Positions 45,929 through 54,086 of a DNA stretch of 64,000 nt are shown piece after piece. The stretch comes from Candidatus Latescibacterota bacterium (GTDB taxonomy: Bacteria > Latescibacterota > UBA2968 > GCA-2709665): contig OZ242180.1 of assembly GCA_965205485.1 (NCBI GenBank), forward strand, positions 4,256,001-4,320,000, written 5' to 3'. The notes beneath the pieces are model-generated. The model was not told the origin of the DNA and did not search any database. It was given only the letters and a program-made list of their open reading frames with translations. The number at the start of each line of letters is the position of its first letter. The first letter of the stretch is position 1. A program made the translations under genes and the position numbers.

Positions 45929-46975
45929 CTAAGGCAACAAGACCACGCCAAGCGCTTCGTTGGGACGCTGAATCAGGTCTTCGCAGGCCTCCGGCGCATC
46001 CGAAAGGCCCACCCTGTGGGTGATCAGCGGTTCGACCAGCATACCGCCGGACGCCATGAACTCCAGACACTCCTCGAGGTTCCGCCTTGTGGTCCACTGC
46101 ATGAAGACGGGAGGATAGTCCGTTCCGTGTTCCCAGGCCTCATCGTGGTATCCGGGTCCCGTCCGGGCCGCGCTCCGCACGTCAAGGTTCCCCAGGCCCG
46201 ATGCGAATACGTGCTCGATCTTCGCCCCGCCAACGATCGTGATCCGGCCCATCTGGTGGGTATCGGGCGCCCGTTTCATCATCGAAACCAGCGTTTTGAA
46301 AGCCCCCGTGCCGTCGCCGCCGAAGGCCAGTATGCCCGCATCCAGCCCGTATCCCCGCGTAAAGTCCCTCGACGCAGCGACGGGGTCCTCCTCGCTCACA
46401 TTCACGATGCGGTCCACGCCCGTCTTCTTCGCCGCAGTCAGGCGCATCGGCAGCCTGTCCAGCGCAAGCGTATGACATCCGGCAAGCCGCGCCCACTGGC
46501 AGGAGAACTGTCCCACCGGGCCGAGTCCCACGACGGCGACATTTTCGCCCAGCGTCAACTCGGCCCGGCGGACAGCATTCAGCGCTGTCGCGACCAGATG
46601 AATGGCCGACGCATCCTCAAAATGCACGGCGTCGGGCATCGGGACGGCCATATTCCTCGGTACGCAGGCGTGGGTCGCGTGGAGCGCATAACCGCCGCCC
46701 ATGCAGGCCACCCGTGTACCGATCGGGATTTCTTCACAGCCTTCTCCCTGTCCGATTACCACACCGGCATTGGAATACCCGAATGGCCGGGGCGGAGCGT
46801 TTCCCGGATTCTCGCGAACCCTCGCCACTGCACCCAGTTCCGTACCCGGACTCACAAAACTCGCTCGAACCTCGATCTGGACCTGCCCTGGACCCGGCGC
46901 CGGAATCGGTTCCTCAATCACGACGATCCGACCGGCGCCGTCTTTGGCCGCTACCTTGCGTAGACCTTGTGGCAT
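45929..46975 (-). CDS. Medium-chain dehydrogenase/reductase (zinc-ligand Cys not evident)
   Basis: VSPGTE..FGYSNAG, VVGLGPVG, RTGPGYHD, WTTRRNLE, PLITHR. Confidence 0.85.
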   Translation of the reverse strand: MPQGLRKVAAKDGAGRIVVIEEPIPAPGPGQVQIEVRASFVSPGTELGAVARVRENPGNAPPRPFGYSNAGVVIGQGEGCEEIPIGTRVACMGGGYALHATHACVPRNMAVPMPDAVHFEDASAIHLVATALNAVRRAELTLGENVAVVGLGPVGQFSCQWARLAGCHTLALDRLPMRLTAAKKTGVDRIVNVSEEDPVAASRDFTRGYGLDAGILAFGGDGTGAFKTLVSMMKRAPDTHQMGRITIVGGAKIEHVFASGLGNLDVRSAARTGPGYHDEAWEHGTDYPPVFMQWTTRRNLEECLEFMASGGMLVEPLITHRVGLSDAPEACEDLIQRPNEALGVVLLP

Positions 46976-47019
46976 TACGTTTCTCCTTTTTTGTACCGTT
47001 GGGATTCAGATGCGGCTTC

Positions 47020-49023
47020 TTAATACACATGGATTCTGTGGCCCTGCGGCATGAACCAGACGGCATCCAGCACGAGTCCCAGCGCGATCGCGAATACGTA
47101 CCCGATCAGAAGGCCTATGAAAAACGGACGCGAGCGCCGGTAAAACGCGGCGCCGAAAAACCGCAGCAGAATTGCCTTCAGGCTCCACGCCAGAAAAATC
47201 GTAAATCCGGTCAGATGCGAAAGAGCGGACCCGGAAAGCGCAAAGCCGATGGGATGAAACGGCCACCAAGTAAACCGGTAACGCATGAACGTGATCAGCG
47301 CCATGGCAATCGCACCGACGAAGAAGAACACATACTCGCTGGACTGCATCGGCTTGGGCGAGATGATGTCGCTGACCGCACCCTGGAAACCGCGGTGTCC
47401 GGCGCGCGTCACCAGCCAGTTCGGCTCGAAATTGTACCCGCCAACCGTGTATCCCAGCCAGACGACATATAGCGTGGACGCCACCAGACCCACAAGAAAC
47501 GCGGCACATACCGACCAGAACAACCGTCGCTTGTTGCCCGCGACGAAGTCGCCCAGCCGGTTGGCATGCATGCCGAATGTGAATATGGTTCCCTTGAAGT
47601 GGCTCAATGCCACCGCGGTCGGATAGAACAGGGCGTGGGTCGCCGCCGGTATCCCTCTCGGCCCCCCGAACGCAGCCTGTACAAGGTTTCGAGCCGACGT
47701 GGGCGAACTCAGAAAAACCAGCCCTGAATCCGCCAGGATCTTGCCCATCGCCAGATAGACGAGAAACATGGTCGGCATGGTCAGCGCGATCACGCCGGTA
47801 TCCATCCCGGCATTCCAGAGCCAGGCGACGGCGTAACAGCAGGCGATCCCAAGACCGAGGAAGGCCCCGCGGTAGGAGATGAGTTCCCGGCTGTCGTCTA
47901 TGTGTTGGCTATGTGGTTTCAGCGCTTTCAAAAACGCATCCTTGAGATGACGCCGCGAAATCAAAACCCAGAAGAACGCCAGACACACGAATGCACCGGT
48001 TGTCTGCCAGGTATACGGCCCGGCGGACCGGTAGGAATGCCAGGACGGCATGCCCAGCCGGGTCAGAATTCCCGATTCGACAACGAAAAAAAGATCGAAG
48101 AACCAGAGACTGAACAGGACTTCGAGACTGGCGAAATAAGCGAAGCAGATCACGAACGTATTGAAAGAGATCCACAGGGCGGGAAAATCCCGCGCCAGCG
48201 GAAGGTACCAGCCAGGCGTCATGCGAAAGCTCGGAAAGGCCGGGAAGAACCAGCCGATCATATTCCAGCAATAGATGAAGGCGCTGACCGAGAATCCGGC
48301 CCAGAACATCCGGCCCTGCATCAATTCCGGCAGCAGCCGCTTCCCGGAGCCCGCCAGGGAGGCGATTTCCACGATCGGCTCCATCGCCGGATAGACGAGC
48401 TTTTCGTATTCCGACCACTGGCGGTGGATGATGATCGATGCACAGAAGCAGGCGAACGCCACCGCGGCAATGAACGTGAACCACCAGAACAGCGGTCCCG
48501 CCCAGCTCTCCCACGGCACGGCCGTGTCCGGAGGCAATCCGTTGTAAAACCAGCTCATTTCCCCTTTTCTGTTCTGGGGAAAGATAAACTCCGGAAGATA
48601 GGGATGCAGGAATTCCGACCAGCGGTTCTCGGGCGTGGCGAAATAGTACGGGGACACGATCACGCCCACCAGATATCCACTCACGCCGTACGTGGGCCCA
48701 AGCGAACTCACGAACCCCATGGCAAAAACCGTAAGCCACTCCGTTCGCGAAAACACGAAAGGCCTTCCGAATCGAAAGGCCAGTACTGAACACACGACCA
48801 TCGACAGCATGGTCAGAATCAGGTTGCCCATCGGCATATGGCTGTATGCCATCAATGAGCCATGAACAAGATAAAGCACGGTGTTGGCGAGAAGACTTAC
48901 CGCCACCGCCAGACACAGTCCGAAGCCGATCGATCGAAGCGTGACGCCCCGGTCCCCCGCCGCAACGAACGTTTCGGGATCTGGTTGTGCGGCCTGCGTA
49001 ACCGCCGCACCGCTTTCAGCCAT
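47020..49023 (-). CDS. DUF6785/DUF6784-like multi-pass membrane protein
   Basis: YYFATPENRW, HRQWSEYEKLVYP, WWPFHPIGF, GHRIHVY. Confidence 0.78.
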   Translation of the reverse strand: MAESGAAVTQAAQPDPETFVAAGDRGVTLRSIGFGLCLAVAVSLLANTVLYLVHGSLMAYSHMPMGNLILTMLSMVVCSVLAFRFGRPFVFSRTEWLTVFAMGFVSSLGPTYGVSGYLVGVIVSPYYFATPENRWSEFLHPYLPEFIFPQNRKGEMSWFYNGLPPDTAVPWESWAGPLFWWFTFIAAVAFACFCASIIIHRQWSEYEKLVYPAMEPIVEIASLAGSGKRLLPELMQGRMFWAGFSVSAFIYCWNMIGWFFPAFPSFRMTPGWYLPLARDFPALWISFNTFVICFAYFASLEVLFSLWFFDLFFVVESGILTRLGMPSWHSYRSAGPYTWQTTGAFVCLAFFWVLISRRHLKDAFLKALKPHSQHIDDSRELISYRGAFLGLGIACCYAVAWLWNAGMDTGVIALTMPTMFLVYLAMGKILADSGLVFLSSPTSARNLVQAAFGGPRGIPAATHALFYPTAVALSHFKGTIFTFGMHANRLGDFVAGNKRRLFWSVCAAFLVGLVASTLYVVWLGYTVGGYNFEPNWLVTRAGHRGFQGAVSDIISPKPMQSSEYVFFFVGAIAMALITFMRYRFTWWPFHPIGFALSGSALSHLTGFTIFLAWSLKAILLRFFGAAFYRRSRPFFIGLLIGYVFAIALGLVLDAVWFMPQGHRIHVY

Positions 49024-49071
49024 GGAACTGCCCCCGACGTGGAGCGGATGGAACTCCGGTCCACCCTCGCG

Positions 49072-51084
49072 CTAATACCATTTGTGGAGCGTGTGCCCCT
49101 GTTTTCCGAAGAATACGGCGTCTACGAACAATCCGAGCGTTGTAACCAGGATATATGCCGTCAGCGCACCGATGAAGAACGGGCGCGACTTCCTGTAGAA
49201 ACCGGCGCCGACCAGCTTCAACAGAATGAACTTTACCAGCCAGGCCAGGAAGAGCGTGAAACTCGTCAGCCGCGTCAGCCACGCGCCCGAGATGGCGAAC
49301 CCCACCGGATGGACCGGCCACCAGCTGAGACGGTATCTCAACAGATTCAACGCCATCATGGCGATAAAACCGGCCAGGAAGAACCAGTAGTCCTCCACCT
49401 CGGTCGGTTCCGGCGAGAGAATGTCGTTCACGCCCCGCTGGTACCCGCCGACGCCCGCGCGAATGATCAGCCAGTTCGGCTGGAAGTTGTACCCGCCGAT
49501 CGTATATCCCAGCCAGACCGTAAACAGCGTGGACCCCACGACACCCACGACGAACGCGCCGAACACGCCGCCGAAGAACCACCGGTGTCCGCCGGCAAGA
49601 AAGTCACCCAGCCGGTTCAGGTGCATCCCCAGCGAAAACGTATATGCCCGAAAATGATTGAGCGATACGGACGCCGGGTACATGAGCGCGTGGTTGGCCG
49701 CCGGGACGGCGCTTGCGCCGCCCAGCGCCGCCGTTGTCAGCGACCACGCCCTCGTTGCCGATCCGATGTATATGTGTCCGGTTTCGGCAAGAATCTTCGC
49801 CACCCCGAAGTAAATCAGAAACATGATGGGAATCAGAAGGCAGATGACCTTCAGATCCATACCCGCCTGCCACAACCACGCGACGGCATAAGCCGTTGAG
49901 ATGACAAGCCAGATAAATGCCGCCCGATAGGATATCAGTTCGCGCCGGTCATCAATCGGACTGCTTTGGGGGCGGAGCGCCTTGTGAAACGCCTGCCAGA
50001 GATGGGTCCGGGAAACCAGCAGCCACCAGACGGCAATGCCGACAAATGCCCCGTATATCTGCCAGGCATATCGCCCCGTCATATAGTGAGGTGAAATCGC
50101 CTCAACCCCGAGCCGGTTCAGAAATCCGCCCTCGAAGATAAACACCAGGTCGAAGAACCAGAGACTGAACAAGACTTCGAGACTTGCAAAATAGGAGAAA
50201 CAGATGACCACCGTACTGACGAAAATCCACTGAGGGGGGAAAGCCCTCCCCAGTGGAATCCAGGTCCCCCTCGCCGTGGGGAAGACTGGAAAACCGGGTT
50301 TGAACCACCCGATAATATTCCAGCTGAAGACGAAAAAGACAATCCCGAATCCTGTCCAGAAGGCCTTGCCGGACATGAATTCCGGGAGCCAGCTTCTGCC
50401 CTTGCCCGCGTTGGCCGCCATCTCCACGATGGGTTCCATCGCCGGAAAGACGATCTTCTCGTTCTCCGACCACTGCCTGTGGATGATCACCGACGCGCAC
50501 AGACACGCCAGCGCGACCGCACAGACGAACGTAAACCACCAGAACAGGGGCATCGTCCAGGCTTCCCACGGAATGGGCGCGCCATGGGGCAAGCCGTCGT
50601 AAAACCAGGTCATCGCCCCGTCCTTGTTGGTCGGGATCATCCATTCCGGCAGGTACGGATGAAGAAACTCGGCCCAACGGTTTTCAGGCGTGGCGAAATA
50701 ATAGGGCGTCACGATAACACCCACAAGGTAGCCGCTCACGCCGTAGGTCGGCCCAAGGGACGCGATGAAGCCCATTGCGAAGACCGTGATCCACTCGCTC
50801 GGCGAAAACACGAACCTCCGGCCGAAAGCTTTCGCCAGGGTCGCACAGAGCAGAATGGACAGCAGCCAGACGATCAGGTTTCCCATCGGCATATGGCTGT
50901 ACGCCATAAACGACGAGTGGAGAATATACCGTACGACGTTTCCCAGAACGCTGATGACAAGGGACAGACAGAGTCCGAAAATCAGCGCCCGTACCGTCGT
51001 TCCGCGGTCTTCGACTGCCTTGTCCACGGGGCTTCTCGCCAGCCGGGCCAGACCCCGCGTGGAAATCCTGTCCGGTTCAGCCAT
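49072..51084 (-). CDS. DUF6785/DUF6784-like multi-pass membrane protein
   Basis: Tandem paralog: YYFATPENRW, HRQWSENEKIVFP, WWPVHPVGF, GHTLHKWY; start 51084 after GGAG (alternative 51105). Confidence 0.78.
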   Translation of the reverse strand: MAEPDRISTRGLARLARSPVDKAVEDRGTTVRALIFGLCLSLVISVLGNVVRYILHSSFMAYSHMPMGNLIVWLLSILLCATLAKAFGRRFVFSPSEWITVFAMGFIASLGPTYGVSGYLVGVIVTPYYFATPENRWAEFLHPYLPEWMIPTNKDGAMTWFYDGLPHGAPIPWEAWTMPLFWWFTFVCAVALACLCASVIIHRQWSENEKIVFPAMEPIVEMAANAGKGRSWLPEFMSGKAFWTGFGIVFFVFSWNIIGWFKPGFPVFPTARGTWIPLGRAFPPQWIFVSTVVICFSYFASLEVLFSLWFFDLVFIFEGGFLNRLGVEAISPHYMTGRYAWQIYGAFVGIAVWWLLVSRTHLWQAFHKALRPQSSPIDDRRELISYRAAFIWLVISTAYAVAWLWQAGMDLKVICLLIPIMFLIYFGVAKILAETGHIYIGSATRAWSLTTAALGGASAVPAANHALMYPASVSLNHFRAYTFSLGMHLNRLGDFLAGGHRWFFGGVFGAFVVGVVGSTLFTVWLGYTIGGYNFQPNWLIIRAGVGGYQRGVNDILSPEPTEVEDYWFFLAGFIAMMALNLLRYRLSWWPVHPVGFAISGAWLTRLTSFTLFLAWLVKFILLKLVGAGFYRKSRPFFIGALTAYILVTTLGLFVDAVFFGKQGHTLHKWY

Positions 51085-51153
51085 CAACGCTCCATCAATA
51101 TCCATCAGGGCGGTGGAGCCCCATTCCTGCTCCGGATGCAGCGGTCATCGCAC

Positions 51154-51945
51154 TTACATCGCCACGATCTTCCTCATGCGCCTTGCCGTCTCGATCTGCG
51201 CCTCGCGACTTCCCGAGACCTCGTGTACGACCGGAGAATCATATCCGATGGCGCGCAGTCCGGCCATGACCTCGGGCCAATCGGTATCGCCGTCCATGAG
51301 ATCCACGAACCGGTGTTCGCTGCGGCTGAAATCCTTGAAATGCACCCGTACGATGCGACTGCCAAGACCGCGAATCCAGTGTTCCGGAAATCCGTAAGCC
51401 ATCATGTTCGCGGTGTCCAGATAGGTTCCCACCCGGGGGCTTCCCACGGCGTCCACAAACGCCGCCATCTCACGCGGGCTCAAGAGGAACTTGTTCCAGA
51501 CGTTTTCGATGCCCACGGACACGTCCTTCTCCTCGGCCAGGGGCGCCAGGTCCCTGATCGCGCCCAGCATCAGATCCCAGGCCTGTTCGTAGGTTCCTTC
51601 GGCGGTGAGCTGGCCGGGGTGCAGCAGCACCGCGTCGATTCCCAGAACGTGCGCGATTTCTATGGACCGTGCGAGACACCTGACGCCCTGCTCGCGGTCG
51701 CCCGAATTCAGGCTGAGGAAGTTCCCCCGATCCGCGTATTGCGCGATCGAACTGCCGACTTCCAGGCCCGCGGCTTCGCACTTTCCGCGCACCGTCCGGA
51801 TCTCGTCGTCGCCCATGTTCACATCGGGATCGCCACCGTCGCTGAACACCAGTTCCAGCGCCTCGTAACCGGCCTCCCCGCACAGCTCCAGCGTTTCGTC
51901 CAGCGAAAACCGCCCCAGAATAATCTGCGTTACACCAATTTTCAT
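51154..51945 (-). CDS. Sugar phosphate isomerase/epimerase
   Basis: IENVWNKFLLSPRE, YLDTAN, PEHWIR, VHFKDF, GDTDWPEV. Confidence 0.9.
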   Translation of the reverse strand: MKIGVTQIILGRFSLDETLELCGEAGYEALELVFSDGGDPDVNMGDDEIRTVRGKCEAAGLEVGSSIAQYADRGNFLSLNSGDREQGVRCLARSIEIAHVLGIDAVLLHPGQLTAEGTYEQAWDLMLGAIRDLAPLAEEKDVSVGIENVWNKFLLSPREMAAFVDAVGSPRVGTYLDTANMMAYGFPEHWIRGLGSRIVRVHFKDFSRSEHRFVDLMDGDTDWPEVMAGLRAIGYDSPVVHEVSGSREAQIETARRMRKIVAM

Positions 51946-52014
51946 GTTCTTCTCCTCATCATGAACCCGTGCCCGATCTCCCGAGACGCGCGACACGGTT
52001 CTCCTTTCGGCCGT

Positions 52015-53205
52015 CTATGCGTGCTGCGTCTTCCACGAAATCAGGGCGTTCGCGATGGTCTCCGTCATTTCTCTTACGTCGGCGCAATGGGACTCGATGC
52101 TGTCGGGGACGGCCTGAAGAAATGTGCGGATCGTACCCGCATGCTCGCTCACGTACCTGTCGCCATAGACGTTGAGCTCCGGCTCTCGCGGGTCGATCAG
52201 TACTCGCCGGTTCTCGAGCGGACGAACGTGGTAATTCTCCGCGATCGCCGCCTCGATGACGGCGCCTTTTTCGCGCAGGTGACGGGGCAGGGCGTCCTTG
52301 TCGTGCATTCCGATACTCCTGGTGAACCCGTCTCTGGTGAAGTGGGCATGCACCTCGATCGCGGCATCCGGCCGGGTGCCCAGCAGGTACTTCCAGAGGG
52401 CCTCGGTTTCCCTGGCCGCGCCCCTGCCTTCAACGAGGTTGTTGATCCCGAACTTGGGCACTTCCCCGACCGCGTTTGTCACGCTGTGGCCCACGAAGAC
52501 GCCATCCGGATTCATCATCGGCATGAGACAGAACTGCACGTTCTCCAGAAGCCGCTGCGCCCGCGCCGTTGGGATGGTCAACCAGTGGGCGACGTGCATG
52601 ATCCCCCACGAAACCGGCTCGCAGGACTGCATGGTTGCATCCACAAGGAGCTTCAGTTCGCGCGGCGGCGACTCCAGAACCGGAAGGGGCCGACCCTGCG
52701 CGGATGTCCCGATCTCACGGCACGTCCAGACGTCTGAGCCCTCCGCCAGCCGGTGCGCCTTCTCAAGTACCGTATCCGGTGTCTCATACGGCGCCGAGGC
52801 GATTCGAACGGCTTCGCCCGGCAGGACGTCAACCTGCGCGTCCATATATTCATGCTCGCGATAGTCCTCGTCTTCCGGCGGCAGCCACGCCCAACCCGAA
52901 TCCTGCCGCCACACCCACCACGGCGGATACATATAGTTGGACCCCTTTCGGCTGAGCAGAAACCGGAGCTTGACGCGCCTCGCGGCATCGCCCGGATTGC
53001 GCACCCGCACGTGGGCCATGTATTCTTTCGGTACACCGGCACCGTCGAACAACTCATCCAGCAGGTCCTGAAACCACTGTGGAATCTCCTCCGGCTGATA
53101 GCTGATTTCATAGTGGCCGCGGTTGGTGATTCGCATCTCGCCCGCGCTGCTGCACGGAAATTCGTCGTCGATCTCAATGCCGACGCTGTTGTCCACGAGT
53201 CTCAT
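52015..53205 (-). CDS. M14 zinc carboxypeptidase-like protein (atypical zinc motif)
   Basis: IGTSAQGRPL, MQSCE in place of HxxE, PMMNPDG, ETEAL, EVHAH. Confidence 0.7.
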   Translation of the reverse strand: MRLVDNSVGIEIDDEFPCSSAGEMRITNRGHYEISYQPEEIPQWFQDLLDELFDGAGVPKEYMAHVRVRNPGDAARRVKLRFLLSRKGSNYMYPPWWVWRQDSGWAWLPPEDEDYREHEYMDAQVDVLPGEAVRIASAPYETPDTVLEKAHRLAEGSDVWTCREIGTSAQGRPLPVLESPPRELKLLVDATMQSCEPVSWGIMHVAHWLTIPTARAQRLLENVQFCLMPMMNPDGVFVGHSVTNAVGEVPKFGINNLVEGRGAARETEALWKYLLGTRPDAAIEVHAHFTRDGFTRSIGMHDKDALPRHLREKGAVIEAAIAENYHVRPLENRRVLIDPREPELNVYGDRYVSEHAGTIRTFLQAVPDSIESHCADVREMTETIANALISWKTQHA

Positions 53206-53208
53206 CGA

Positions 53209-54009
53209 TCATTCCTCCTCCTGGCTTCCCGCGTTGACGCCCAGCCCCCGGCGATAGGCTTCCAGCGTCATCAGATCATCCGGCAGCACGTTGCCCAGAT
53301 TCACCTCCGGACCGTAGCGGTCTACAAGGGTCCGCCGCATCCGGTGAACGTCGTGCGAGTGTACGCCCGCTATCCACGGGCCCGGCAATTCGAACATGAC
53401 GTTCTCCAGACCGGCCGCCTCCACGGCCTGCTCGACCTGTCGCGCCTTGCCGGGATCCTCGTCAACTAGCTCGGCAGCTTCCAGAAGTACGATCCGGGAC
53501 CCCGCATCGAGACACGCCCTCACGTCGTCGGCCATGGGGATGCCCGCGTCCAACCCTTCCTTCTGGCCCACTTCGCCCAGCACCGTCAGTCCGTGCAGCG
53601 CGACCGCCTGCCGGATCATATTCAACTTCCATTCGTGCGTCACCGCCGCCAGATTGTCCGACACTTCGACCCAACGATACCCTGCTTCCGCCACGGCGGG
53701 AAAATACAGGTGGGCCGTGCCCTGCACCTGGGCATACTCCAGGTACTGCCCCCCGGGAAACGGTTCGACATTATGATACAGATAGTCCCTGATTTTCGCT
53801 TTGAGCACATCGCTGGCCAGCAGTCTCGAAATCCCCACGGCCACCTTTGCGAAATCAAAAAAGGGGGCCGCGGTCTCTATCAGATCAGACTGCGCCCCCG
53901 AACCAAGACCCCAATCCACCACCATGGTCAACCCCGCATCCCGGGGTTTTCGCGACCGACGGCGGCCATCCAGCCCGCCAAAGATATGTTCGTCATTCAA
54001 AATACGCAC
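53209..54009 (-). CDS. comA: Phosphosulfolactate synthase (ComA)-like protein
   Basis: KPRDAGLTMVVD.GL, PGG..LE, VEVSD, EVGQK, GPEVNLGNV, LEAYRRGL. Confidence 0.8.
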   Translation of the reverse strand: MRILNDEHIFGGLDGRRRSRKPRDAGLTMVVDWGLGSGAQSDLIETAAPFFDFAKVAVGISRLLASDVLKAKIRDYLYHNVEPFPGGQYLEYAQVQGTAHLYFPAVAEAGYRWVEVSDNLAAVTHEWKLNMIRQAVALHGLTVLGEVGQKEGLDAGIPMADDVRACLDAGSRIVLLEAAELVDEDPGKARQVEQAVEAAGLENVMFELPGPWIAGVHSHDVHRMRRTLVDRYGPEVNLGNVLPDDLMTLEAYRRGLGVNAGSQEEE

Positions 54010-54086
54010 CCTCCTCCCGGATGTACCGTTCCGGCCAGGCCGCGGCCCCGCGGGCGCATCCGAGGGGGCCCGACCCGCGCCGGCAA

